Assembly (NCBI GenBank): GCA_020891255.1
Contig: BQFW01000005.1
Location: 1 to 64,000, forward strand
From: Entomortierella parvispora E1425
Lineage: Eukaryota > Fungi > Mortierellomycota
Reading direction: 5' to 3'
DNA length: 64,000 bases
The notes beneath the pieces are model-generated. The model was not told the DNA's origin, did not search any database, and worked only from the letters and a program-made list of their open reading frames with translations. Positions 14,265-26,913 of this stretch are shown here, one piece after another (within the stretch, counting starts at the first letter, position 1; the number at the start of each line of letters is the position of its first letter). The translations under genes and the position numbers were made by a program.

Positions 14265-15553
14265 TTACAAAAAGTAAACGGCACCGAAGAGAGCCATGGC
14301 AAGAGCCATCATGTTTGCACCCTGACGGGATTCACCTGGCACGCCCAAGTTTGCCGAGGAATGCATTGCTGGCTTGGTGACCGCGGGTTTCGCAGCCACA
14401 GTCTTCTCAGCAGGGAAGGGATTTGGTGGTGCAGCAGGCTTGTTAATCGCGCCTTTTGGAAGAGTGGTACCCATATCTGCTGTCTTTTGAGGCATTTGCA
14501 AAGGCTCGCCGACGTTGGACTTTGTGGATCGGGGATCACCCTTCTCGGAGACCTCGAAATAGTGAGAATATGTATCGAGATCGCCTTCGTGTGACAGACG
14601 GATAGAATAATCCTTTGAGGGAGCCAGAGTTGCGGGCACGGTCCACTGCAACGAATTCAATGAGGAGTCCATAGCCGCCTTGAGAACAGCAACCTCAAGC
14701 AAGTTGTCGTGGGGGCCTTGCATGAGGTGGACATTAACGGGTGTCTTGGGCTTGAATCCCTCGGTGAAGATGGGGTCGGGGTTGGGTCCCCAGCTAATAA
14801 CGTAAGTCCTACCCTGCTCCCAAACAGAGGCACCGAAAGGCTGCACGAGCCATAAAGGCGCAGTGTTGGAGGTCGTGCCAGCCGTGGGCATGGTAGCCTG
14901 TCCGGGTTTGCTGGTCGTCTTGGAAGACCCATCCGCCAATGCAGGGGAGGTCTCGGTACCCTTCTTCTTGTCCTTCACTTCATCAACAGTCTTGCTGTCA
15001 GCATCGCCTCCCTTCTTCCCAGTGCCATCCTTCCTCTCACTGTCGTCCTTCTTGCCATCATCTTTGGAATGTCCTCCTTTCTTGCTAGTTTTATGCTCCT
15101 CGTGGTCCTTCTTGTCGTCAGTGCCTTTTCTTCTTGGCACCTTCGTGCTCATCATCGTCCTCTTCCTCGTCATGATGGCTCTTGTGGTGCTTTCTCCTCT
15201 TCGTCCTTCTCCTCATGGTCATCATCATGGTCCCTCTCCTCATGGTCATCATCCTCCTCATGGTCATCATCCTCCTCGTCGTTGTCGTGGCGATGGTGAG
15301 AATGATCCTTACCGTCATCCTCCTCCTCGTCGTAGTGATGATCGCGGTGACTGCTGCTGCTGCTCGTTTGAACTTGGTATTCATGGCGCATCACACCCAA
15401 CGGGCGATATTGGGCCAATTCTGCGGCATTGATTTCATGGTGGCGGTGATCGACAGCGTCAGAGTTCAGCCTTTGGGGGATTTGAGCCTTCTGGTCCGCG
15501 ACGGCGGAGGTGGCGGCCAAGCAGAGAAGGGCAGAAGTAATCGTGATTTTCAT
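14265..15553 (-). CDS. Secreted, probably GPI-anchored surface protein: His/Asp/Glu-rich N-terminal tract, Kre9/Knh1-like Ig-fold domain, hydrophobic C-terminal signal (about 430 aa after two 1-nt frame corrections)
   Basis: Signal peptide MKITITSALLCLAATSAVA at 15553; HRDHHYDEEEDDGKDHSHHRHDNDEEDDDHEE..; frame shifts at A-runs 15191-15193 and 15126-15129; then P..GASVWEQGRTYVISW..LQWTVPATLAPSKDYSIRL..YSHYFEV and terminal MMALAMALFGAVYFL*. Confidence 0.75.
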
Positions 15554-16468
15554 AGATTGTTGCTTTGCTTTTTTTGAGTGCTTGAAGGCGGGGGGTATGT
15601 GATTTTTTTTTTTTTTGGGAACGCGTTTGGTTTTCTGAGGAAAGAAAAGAGGGGCTGTTGTTGCTGTTGTTGTTTTGGTTGGAGTGCAGGATGAAGAAGA
15701 AGAAAGGAAGAGAAAAAGGGCAAGAGAGGGAGGAGCCACTATGACTTTTTATACCGCCACACCCGCTACACTCGTTTCGATCGGTCTTTCTGTTGAGAAA
15801 CTGCCTTGGGATGATTGAGGATAAAAGAAGTGCATGGTCCAATTTGAATTTTCTTTTGTCCGTAGTATTCGATTTACGCCTGATCTAGACACAAAAAAGA
15901 CACACGTTCTGCACACAATCTACGATGCGGATGAACGTTCTTTGCCCCGCTGTTTACTGCTGCCGTTGCTGCTGCTGCATGAATATGAGACAAGGAACGA
16001 TGGGGACAGGGACCAACATCCCCAAGGGAAGTCCGTTACGAGAAAATTGGGGGGAAAACTGAGAGACCAGGACTGACACGAATATTCTTCAATTGGCGTC
16101 GATCCGATATAGCAGGGAGACGATGCAGGTAATCCAAGAAGATGATCCATCGTTGTCCGATGATCCACCTTCACCAACAACACAGAGATAGTCCTCCCCA
16201 CTCTCTCTCCACACGCGACGCGGCTTCAGTTAAATTAACTGTGATTCTGTAAAATGAAACAGTGGCATTAACAGAGGTTGGACTCTTTGCTCTCTTCCCC
16301 CTGGGCGAATGCATGCATCGCTCTTCCTCTCTTCATCACAAGCATCCACCAAAGGACCAACACAACGCAGCTCAGGATCGGGACTCTCACGGACAGCCTA
16401 CAGCATCCCGCCTTCTTGCCCTCCCGTCTCCCCTCTCACGACCAGGCGTCGGTCATTGTGGCATCACC

Positions 16469-17299
16469 ATGACTCTCCTCACATTCTTTGGATGTGCCCT
16501 CACGGCCTACGGCCCCAGTCTGGCTATCTTCTTTGGCTACATTGCGCCCAACGCCCAGCTGGTCATCCTTATGGTCTCGAGCGCATTCTTCTGGCTCATC
16601 TCCCTACTGCTCGCCTCAGCAATCTGGTTTCTAGCGACCAATAGCCGGAATACCTTCACCTCGACAATTATCTATACGGTACTGCTACAGGAGCTCTTTC
16701 GGTGGTGCCTCTACCTGTTGATCAATCGAGCAGAGAGTGGTCTGAACATGGTGGCCAAGCACCCAAAGTCGAAATTCAATCGATCAGGATATGCGTTTTC
16801 TGCAGGCATGGGATTCGGACTGATGTTTGGCATCATCTCCTACATCACTCAACTCGTCGAGTCTTTGGGACCTGGTGTATTGATGTGCCCGTCATGTCCG
16901 AGCATTTCACTCTACTTTATCTCTGGTACAAACAAACACCCTGCCTTCTTGTCTTGCTTGAATAGTATCAGCATCGTCCCCCTGTTTGTGCGACATGGCT
17001 GACGAGTCTATCTGACTTTCTTTCTTTTTTTTTTTTTAGCCATTACCGTGTGCATCTTCACGTTTCATCACTGTGTGTGGATGATGATTTCCTTTACAGG
17101 ATTCTCGAACCGATCCTACCTTCGGATACTTTGGGTGATTATCACTCACTATGGTGCCTCCTATCTCACCATCCTCAACTCGAGCAGGACCGTCAATCTT
17201 GGATGTGCTTACTCTATCCTGGGTAATGTTGTCCTCTTGATCGCCTCCACCATCATTGTCGTTGCCGACGTACGGAACTTATACCACAAGATATCATAA
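16469..17299 (+). CDS. APH1: Gamma-secretase subunit Aph-1 (2 exons)
   Basis: MTLLTFFGCALTAYGP, SSAFFWLISLLLAS, LLQELFRW, GMGFGLMFG glycine motif, ESLGPG, and two conserved membrane His (FHHCVW, IITHYG); intron about 16926-17040. Confidence 0.93.
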
Positions 17300-17412
17300 T
17301 CTCCTCCGATCGAACCTTCGCAATAAATTGTATATCAGCAAGAAGAAGAAAAATGAAAAATGAGAATGCAAGGGTTTTAATGAGGGAATAACAATATGCC
17401 AATGCTCTTTGT

Positions 17413-19815
17413 CTAGATGGATTTGTTCAATTGGAGAGCCAGCGTAGTAAAGTCGTCCCAATGCTCTAGTTTTGAGGATGATGATGTCAAGTCTGATTCT
17501 TGAACAGGCTCAGTACCGCTCGAGGCACTTGAACTTAATGGTACGGGCAAGAGCTATTAAAAATAAGAAATCATGTCAGAATCTGTTTGACAAATTCATC
17601 CAAATAGATGAAAATCAAGAAGAAAAAAAAATCGAGCCTCTACCTTGAGTTCTTGTCTGCGGATCAACCCGTACTGGTCTCCAACTTCAGAAGCGATCAA
17701 TGGCAATCCATGATAACTGAAAACGCCACTTGTTCGGAATAAAATGCTTTTGAGGGTATGAGTGCCAGAGAGACCCACGTCAGACACAGAAGCTCCAGAC
17801 AGGGGTCGCTCTTTCTCGAATGAAAAGAATTCTGGGCAATGCAACTTATTGGAAAAGGGGAGCGAGGTCTCGGCAATGAACTTTTGGACTGATGGACTCG
17901 ACCGTTCGAGGTCCTTTGACCACTCTCCGCGAATCTGAATGTCGGTAGGCTGACCAAGCATCATCAGGTTGGAGTATACTCGTTTGTTAATCAACTGACC
18001 TCCTTGAGCCAAGAGTGTACCCTCGTTATCCAGTTCAAGGGTCAGGCGGATAGGACCCTCCTTTGCTCCTGTTGCCAATAACGACCGAGATGAAAGAACG
18101 TATTCCACATCAATTGTACGGAGCTTTGGACCAATTAAAGGCAACTTTGAGACTGCCTTGTAGAATGGGAGACTAGATGAAAAAGAGGAGAAATAGGTGA
18201 GTGCTAAGAAAATGCCTGTGAGTATCCAGTACTGCTTTGTGACCAATATCCCCTACCTTGAAAAGAATGATGGGGTATCCTCGTTCTCAAGCCATTCAGC
18301 GAGGTTGTCTGCGTCAAAGGACTTTGGTAATGGAACCAACGTCATTTCCTGGAGTTTGTTTTGGAATAAAAGCTGCCCAAAGTGTGCAGAAAGATCAAAT
18401 CGATCGGTGGATGCGCCAACTCTTTCCTGGTAAATGGACTTCAAGCCCGAGAGATTGTTGATGTTGCTTGGCGTAGACTGAACAGGTGTAAAGCTCTGGT
18501 TGTCGTCTGATCTGTCAGCAAACTATGACAAATGGTTCGGTTAGGGCAAGGTGCCAGTATTCATATTCGGTATCCACTCCATAGAACAAAAACACTTACA
18601 GGCTCGATCTGACAGACTCGAAGAAAAGACTTTTGGTTTTCATCTAATGTCATGGTTGCAGAGTCAAAGACTGGAAACATCCCGAGTCGCTTAAATTCAT
18701 CCTCTTGGTGTGTAAAAGTCAAATTTTGGACATCCTGGTCAGGCTACATGAGGTGGGCAACGAGGATGCACAGAATTAGTTGAGATGCTCAGTCGTCCTA
18801 CGAGAGCTTGGCTAGTCAGACCGTTGCCTACCTTTTGCATCTTCAGATCAAACATGCGCTTCGCTTCCTCCATATGCCTGTTTGATCGCCCAGCAATCGT
18901 AAGTGTGTTGGAGTCTCCTGCAGACACAAATGTTCGTGACCGACGGGCAATCTCCTCAAGAACTGAGGGGTTGCTTACGACAGCGTCCCTGTCCTTGTAC
19001 ATTGAGATATCCCAGGCTTCCTCGGTCACAGCGACAAGTTCCAGGATCCGACTTTTTGCTTCCTCAATGGCCTCCAACTCTCCGCGAATCGTGTAAGTCT
19101 CGTCCGCAATATTGATCGAGATTCTGACATGCTTCTCTTTTTCCAACTGTCGCAAAGAATCGCCTTCTGATTCCAGAATAAAGAACAGTTCCCGCTTGTT
19201 GGAGGCGAAAATCCTGGACTGGTGGTTTGCCTCAGCCGAAAAGTACGGGTCCTCGACGATCTTCTCCTTCTTTGGAGTGGGCACAATGATCTCCAGATCC
19301 ATAAAGAGCATGATCTGGTTGATCAAGATGGACTTTTTGCCTCCAGAGGGTCGGTTCTGTTGGCGAAGGACTCCTTTAAGCTGATTAACATTGAAAGAAC
19401 GTGCGATGGTGTCCTTGATCTTTTCAAATTCCTCGGGCGTGACACTCTTCTTGTTGGGCTTGAGCGCAAGAATATCCTCGAGGGTGACCCTGGTCGCCGC
19501 GGTGGTCCCAGCCTTCGTCTGATAGAGGTCGTTGATGAGATTTCGAGAGATCGAGTCGATGACTTTGGTCTCCATAGCCTCCGCAGCCTCAGTCTCAGCC
19601 TTCTTTGCTGAAATCTTTGGAGACCTGCGGCGAGCAGGCTGGGAAGCACAGCATATGCTAGAGGTGCACAGACTTTGAGTGGCACCGATCCGATTGATTC
19701 TAGGGATCATGTTGATTGCGTTGGAAGCGATCCTGCCTCGGGTGGATGTTGAGCATGCGAGGTGCTTTGACACTGAGGTCAGCAGCGGACTGGCGCATGG
19801 TTGTATCCTGCTCAT
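17413..19815 (-). CDS. Putative mitochondrial protein with a small helical domain and KH-like repeats, resembling the Sls1 family (multi-exon)
   Basis: Arg/Ser-rich presequence-like N-terminus; FNVNQLKGVL..GGKKSILINQI; KH-like segments (FFILESEGDSLRQLEKEKHVRISINIADETYTIRG); downstream exons 18253-18444, 17596-18246 and a last exon ending TAG at 17413. Family assignment is from memory only. Confidence 0.5.
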
Positions 19816-20118
19816 GATTGACTGACTAGCTGACTGGCTGGCGGAACGACTGTCTGGCTGGGAGGATGGATGCTAGAGTGATCGAATGCGACAAGCGGAC
19901 GAGCGGGATCAATCGATCTTTGAATGCAAGGCCCGAAAGGGAAGGACAGCAAGGAAAAGACGTCACATTTGGGGTGTAACCCAAGAGCGCTTCTTTGGTC
20001 CATCCATCCATCCATTCATTCATCCATTACGCCTGTGGCCATCCTTTGCTCCTCTTCGTCATCATCATCATCATCTGCCTCTCCCTTCCCTCATCTCCCC
20101 TCTAGACCCCTTGCCATC

Positions 20119-21929
20119 ATGGACATGTCTCCTGCGGAGCGGCACAAGTATGCCGAGATCTTCTCCAGTCTCAACCCCATCAACGGCTACATCACTGGTG
20201 CGTTTACAAACGAAGCGAATCCCCAACAGCCCTTGACTCTTTGCCAGATGGAAACGACTCCACTCTACTGCACTGTGTGCCTCTACTGGTTGACTTATGC
20301 ATCTCATTTTTCCATTCCATATGGTCTCTTTTCTTCCACATTGTAGGTGCTCAAGCACGACAGATTCTTATGAACTCTGGTGTCCATATCAACAAGTTAG
20401 GCCAGATTTGGTACGTGCACCCTGCCGATAGCCAAAGGAGGAATAGTCGACCGTCTGTTGTTTGAATGAAGGACTAAACTGTATCTTTCATCCTCTTTGG
20501 CCCTCATTTAACAGGGATATCTGCGATATTGACAATGACGGAAACATGGACTTCGACGAGTTTTGTTTAGCACTCCGCTTCGTGTATGCTACCATCAATG
20601 GCGAGATTCAGGAGATCCCCGCTCAACTCCCCCCTCACTTGATCCCTGCGTCCAAGCTCCACTACTTTGCCGGGCAGCAGGGCTATGGTCAATCCTACAT
20701 GCAGCAGGCGCAACCGACAGGATTCGGAACACCTCCTCAGTCCTTTGGTCAGGCCCCCAACTACGCTGCCATCCAGGAGTTAGTACGTAAAAGTGCAGCC
20801 ATCAGAACAGAACATAAGTGTATGCATCAAAGAGATGCGTCGTACTAAACTCAATTGGCCTCTGGTCGCATTACCATCCTAATAGGACACTGCAGCAGCG
20901 ACCTCCAGTACACTCTCAGACGACTTTGAGTGGTATATTGCCCCGTCTGACCGCACAAACTACGAGAGCATCTATAAGAATAACGTCCAACTTTCCTCAG
21001 GAGAAGTCAGGAGTAAGTGATGACCCGCAAGAGCGTAGATTGTGTCTGTATTCCAGCCTGTTTCTAATTTGCGCTCTGCTCGCCATCATTAGTGGGCCAA
21101 TTCGAGGAATTATACCAGGCATTGCAGATCCCACGCGAAGATATCCATGCGGCGTGGACTCTTGTCAATGTGCACAGTGCACCCCAAATTGGCAAGGAGC
21201 AATGTATCATGTTTTTCCACATCCTCAACAGTCGCCGGCTCGGGAAGCGTGTGCCTGCAACTCTTCCTGGCGCACTCAGGACCTCTTTCTTGGGCGACTC
21301 CAACTACGCACTCGCGGATAACTATTCCGTTAATGAAATTCGCCAGCAGCCTGGAAGACCCTCTGTGCCCATGTCGTTTGTGACAAAGTCTGCGTTCTCG
21401 AGTCAGAAAGGACACGTCATGGCGGGTGATTATCTCAGTCGACTGAATCAAAAGGATCAAGCAGCGCACGGTAAGTCACTGCCATTTCTCTACCATGCCC
21501 ACCTGTTGGCATTGAAGCGCAAACATACTGATAATGATGCTATTGTTTGTTTTTTTTTTCTTTCAAATAGAAACGATGGCACAAGAAGAAAGATTGAAGC
21601 AAGAGCTGGAGGGTATCAAGCGACAGATTGAGGAAGCCGAGGCTCGTACGCGGTCTAACAGCGGTGACACTACTGTGGCCAAGAAAGAACTGCAGGAGCT
21701 GCTTTCCTATAAGCAACAGCAGGTTTTGAATGACGATCCCACGACACTGGACCGAGAGCTTCTTGACTTGGAGCGGGAGATCCAGCGTCAGCGAGATGCG
21801 ATGAAGCAGATTGACCGCGTGATGCAAGGGCTGCGTGAGCAGAAGGACCTTCTTGAGACCCACCTTGCCGACTCTGAGGGCGAACTGCGCGAGAGCAGAC
21901 GGGAGGTGGAGAACCACCGGAAGCGTTGA
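20119..21929 (+). CDS. END3: EH-domain endocytic protein End3 (multi-exon)
   Basis: MDMSPAERHKYAEIFSSLNP..GQIW/DICDIDNDGNMDFDEFCLALRFVY..IPAQLPPHLIPASK (EH1 with EF-hand), a second EH region (IHAAWTLVNV..FFHILNSR..VPATLP) and a C-terminal coiled coil. Confidence 0.9.
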
Positions 21930-22104
21930 GAAAAAAAAGTCCAATAAAGTGACTGTGTAATTTTTTTTTTTTTTTTTTTTCGTTGTTTTGATGCACGCCT
22001 CCATCAAGGTGGCATGCTCGCATCGAATGTAACGAAATCATTCCTTTCTTTCTCTTTCACCAAGGACATCAATCAACAACTCAAACAAGGACCACTACTA
22101 CACC

Positions 22105-23670
22105 ATGGATCAGCACCAGCAACAACAGCAGCAGCATCCCGCTGGAATGCCCGCATACTCTGCCCCCGCACATGCCTACATGATGCCTCCTCACATTCCC
22201 TACCCTCCCCAAGCATATCCTCCTCAGCAGCACCCTCACAGCCACGTTCCTCACCATATGCCTACTCAAGGTCTGACCGCGCCACCCCCTCCTCAGCAAG
22301 GCTATGGAATGCCTCATGAGCAGGCTCCTCGTGGAAGCGGGGGAAGCGGGGGACGCTCGCCTGGACGCTACCGTGGTGGTTCTTACCGCGAGCCCTCTTA
22401 CTCTCCTCCTCGTCATCGTCGCTCGCCATCGCCTCGTGGATACCACCGTGGTGGGTACGAACGTGATGCTGGCTACGGTGGCAGCCGTGGTGGATACGAT
22501 CGTGGATACGACCGAGGATACGACCGATCGGACCGAGGATACGATCGCGGCTATGGTGATCGCGGCTATGACCGTGGTTACGATCGTGGTTATGACCGCG
22601 GTTATGGAGGCGACAGCCGCGGCTACGACCGTGGATATGGAGGTGGCTATGGTCGTGGCCGCTCTCCTCCCAGACGCACTAGAACCGTTAACAGGTAAGG
22701 CGGCCTATCTACGGACAAGTCGCTAGAAGAACCAGTCGGGCCTAATGGCGCGGGAGCTCTCTTTTTTTTAACCTCGTTTTTACTTGCACCGATTCTAGAG
22801 GAACTGAAGAAGATCGCTTGGCATCCAAGACCTTGTATGTGGGCAACATCCCTTATAGCTACCGCGAGACGGAGCTCGAGGATATGTTCAAGAAGTTTGG
22901 ACCTATCACTCAGGTGACAGTCGTTTTGGACCAGTTCACTGGACGCAACAAAGGGTAAGAGGGAAAAGCCCATATTCATGGAAATAAGTAACCTGCTCTC
23001 ATATCCTTATTTACATTCTTTAATAACAATACGATTCATCAAATTATAGATTCGCATTTGTTGAATTTGACGATCGCAAGCACGCGGAAGAGGCCAAGGA
23101 GCAGTACAATGGATTCGACGTGGAAGGCAGACGTTTGAAGTTGGACTGGGACATTGGACTGGGCAAGAAGGATATCAAGCCCGCTCGTGCGGCAGCAACG
23201 CTTTCACACCACACCACCGCAGAGTCGACCCCTCAGCCTAGTCAATACCGTGAAGGATCAGAGTCTGCCTCAGCTGCAGCTGCATCGACCAGTGGCGACC
23301 ACGCGACTGAAGAGTCGTCGACCCATGGCGCATCTGGTGCTACTAATGAATCTGCCGTGGCCGTAGAGACTGTTGATGTTCAGGATGGAAAAGATGCTGT
23401 TCCCGTTGAGGCTGTGGACGCTAGGTAAGGGCTCTTGGTGTTTTCTACAGCTGCATGCAACTTGAGACATGGGGACTCGATCGAAAATAGATTCTGCTTT
23501 TTTTTCTTTTTTTTTTTATGCTGACTGTTCCATCATCCAATGTTCTATCCACTTACTCTTCTAGACAAGCAGAGACGTCGACTAATGGACATGCCGACTC
23601 TCATCACGAGGAAAACCAGGAGCGTAGACAGTCGACTTCGGGATCTGTGGAAGCGCCTGTGGAGGTTTAA
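22105..23670 (+). CDS. RRM RNA-binding protein with Q/P/H-rich N-terminus and DRGY/RGG repeats (SR/Tra2-like; 4 exons)
   Basis: RNP2 LYVGNIPY and RNP1 KGFAFVEF split across introns; RSP motifs; repeated DRGY units at about 22490-22650; last exon ends TAA at 23668-23670. Confidence 0.85.
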
Positions 23671-23790
23671 GATTTCTCAGACATTTTTTTTTTTTATGGC
23701 GAGACTGGGCGAGACTGGGCGAGCGGAAAATTGGACGAGATATGAGGTTGAACGATGGACTCTTTTTTACAAAACTTGTATACTTATACG

Positions 23791-23817
23791 CACACACACA
23801 CACACACACACACACAC
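23791..23817. repeat. (CA)13 microsatellite
   Basis: 27-nt perfect CA run in the 3' region of the RRM gene. Confidence 0.9.
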
Positions 23818-24138
23818 GTACGCACGCACGCTAATCTTTTTGTTGTGGAAGAATGAGAAAAAGACGAGCGAGACAAAGATTATTGGAGGATTCCTCGAGA
23901 AGAGAGAAAAGTGACATTCACAAAAGCCATCGAGGCTTTCGACCTTTCGGTTAGCTTACTTTATTATCCTGAATGAATAAAAATAATAAAAAGCAGCATG
24001 CATTGAAAGAAACATCATCGTGTTGAGCTATTATCGCTATTCTATGAAAATGGAGATGTATCCTTTATGTGTTTTATGACTATGGACAGATGATGAGATT
24101 GTTTTTTGCTTTTTTAGAATATACAACTTTTTTTTTCT

Positions 24139-25491
24139 TTAAACATGGTGGCGAGCACAGAACTCGGCCATGCGCTGGTAAGCATCCTGGAGAACCTCGG
24201 GGGGAGAGGTGAAGACGATACGGATAAAGTTGGGGCACTGGAAGACCGATCCGGGCAAGCACATGACGGACTCCTCGCCCAAAAGCTTCTCGGTAAAGAC
24301 AATGTCGTTGTCGATATCCTTGAACTCTGCGACGTTGATGGCGATCATAACGTACATGGCACCCTGGGGGACAATGACCTTGAGACCAGGAACCTTGGAG
24401 AGAATGTCTGTGCTCAACTTGGCGTTGGCCTCGAGCTGCACACGGGTGTCGTGGTAGAAGCTGGGGTCGGTGTTGTTAAGGATATCGGGAAGGGAAGCCT
24501 GGATCAAAGAGTTGGAGCCCAAGATCAATTGGGACAAAGAGTTCAAGCCCTCGCGGACCTCGGCGGCAAAGACGTTCTGGCGGTCGTAGATGAAGATCCA
24601 GCCGACTCTCCAGCCAGGGACCAAGTACTTCTTGGCCAAACCACCCACAGCCAAGACGGGGACGGTGGTGGTCAAAGAGGACAAGGGGAAGAACTCGTTG
24701 CCAGAGAAGACCAAGTCGCAGTAGATCTCATCGGCAATGACGGGCAAGTGGTTGCGCTCACAGACGGCCAAGAAGTCCAAAAGGTGCTGCTTGCGGAACA
24801 CGGATCCGCAAGGGTTCGAGGGGTTGTTCATGACAACGGTAGCAGTGCGGTCGTCGATCAAGGACTCCAACTGCTTCAAATCCATCTCCCAGTTGTTCTC
24901 GGGCTATGCAAAAGAGAAAGAAAAAGAAGAAAGGCAGATTGTTAAAAATGTGTCCGTGGCGGAAAATCTTGCTGAGACGTGAGATGACGAAAAAAAAAAT
25001 AAACCCCATACCAAGAGATCGTAGTAGCGGACTTCAACGCCCTTGGAGTCGGCCAAGGTCTGGTACAGAGAGAAACCGGGGCGGGGCAACAAGATGTTGT
25101 CACCTTCGTTGCAAAGGACACCAATGCACATGTCCAAAGCACCGGAGCATCCGCTGGTGATGATCACATCCTGGGCGGTCAGAGGAGCCTCGGGCAATGT
25201 GAACTTGTCAGCAACGGCCTGGCGGGCGTGCAAATAACCGGTCGAAGGAGGGTATCCGTTGCTCTTGTAAGAGTGCAATTGCTTGGCAACGGCGTCAGTG
25301 CACGTCTGGTGAATCTTGAAGTTACCGAACAAGGTGGGGTCACCAAGAGCAAGTGAGATCATGGACTTGTTGACATTGGGCTTGACCTTGATGTGATCGA
25401 CGATGGCACGGATTGGGTTGGAGGTGCGCTTGGAGATGATGGAGGCATTGACCTTCCAGGATGAGCGGGTGTTGGGGGCAGCAGAGGTCAT
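24139..25491 (-). CDS. TAT: Tyrosine aminotransferase (class I PLP-dependent; 2 exons)
   Basis: SNPIRAIVD..MISLALGDPTLFGNF, NGYPPSTG, DVIITSGCSGAL, NNPSNPCGSVF, IADEIY and PLP lysine in GGLAKKYLVPGWRVGW; intron about 25016-24906. Confidence 0.93.
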
Positions 25492-26913
25492 TGCAAAAGT
25501 AGAGAGGAGTTGAGGGAACAGATGGATGTGGGGGGCGGATGAATGAAGCAAAAAGAAGTGTGGGAATCTATACATGTAGACCCAGAAGGGGCTTACTTGA
25601 GCTCAAAGTCAACCCCGTAAGGTATATGTGCGGGGTTGGTGGCGTTTCTCTTTTTTTCTTTTTCTTCGTTTCTGCATCTTCTCTCGTTGTTCGTCCATTC
25701 CTTCGTCCCTTCGCTTCAGTGGATCAACGCTAGAGAAATTAACATTGGAATCGGTCACGGCCCTCCGATGCACCATTGTAAATGACAGAGAAATCTAGTC
25801 GTAAAGTCTGCCTGCTCTCGAATGCATAGAAGAGAGGATGACTCCCTTGCACAAACGCGTCGACTACGCGCCATCTGATGCAGCATGTCCACCGGGTGCA
25901 ATGCCTCGCACGTGTCTAGCAAACCCGTTCCTCGTTGCGCCTGCTCCTTGCGCCATCGTCCGTAGGCGAACATGTGCCTGTCCCCCTTAGTTACTGCCGT
26001 GTCTCCTTGACACTTTTTTTTCCCAATTATTTCGTCTCCTTTCCTCTCTTTCTCTTTCTTGCTGTTTCTCTCTCCCCTTCACTCTCTCCCTCTCCCTCTC
26101 TGACTTTCTGTTCCCCACAAATATCGCCCCTGCTTAGGACCTTGATGGAGATGGTTACCTGGCCTTGAAAAAAACTCCTGGATTTTGGAGCCCTTTGACC
26201 CCTCAACTTCACTTTCAAGAATGTTGTCCACACGGCTAGAAAGCGCCACCATTATGTTTTGCATAGAGCACGACCCCATTGCCTCTCATACATCATCTAC
26301 CCACTTTCTCCCAACGGTCATCTATCAACGTCTTCATACGAGCCCTGGAGTAGTCTTCGCCTAACCTTAAAAAGGCTTTTCATCAACGTCGTGCTCACTC
26401 ATAGCGACCATGTCAACCTGTTTTCCGTTACCTCCTTGATATATTTTTATTACACCGTTGGCAAGGGAATATTTTCTAGGAGTTTACACCCTCCTTTCAT
26501 TCTGGTCTCCCAACAAGGGGTTCCGGCACGCCTTTCTCTTTCTCTCTGTCTCTTTGAGCTCTAGTCAAGGGCTATCAAAAAGCGCCTGACAGAAAGAGAT
26601 GCATGCACTCCTGCTATACACTTTTGCCACCCCTCAAGATGGCCTTATTTTTTTTTTTTTTTGGTTGCATTTCTGTGTTTCCAGTACTACCTTTGGGCAC
26701 CAGCGATTCGGAACGCGCTTATTCTTGCAATCCCGGGTATAAAGATGGCCATTCCCTGTTGAAGGGTTCTGCTTCTGTTTTTTTCTGCTTTTTTCTGTTG
26801 TTTTCTCTGTCTCTTTTCCTTCTCGTTATCCCTCACACCTCGTTGGTCCCTTTGTCCTGTTCCTTCGCTCCGTCTTTCTATATAGTTAAAAAAAAAAAGT
26901 ACCCTACAACACC

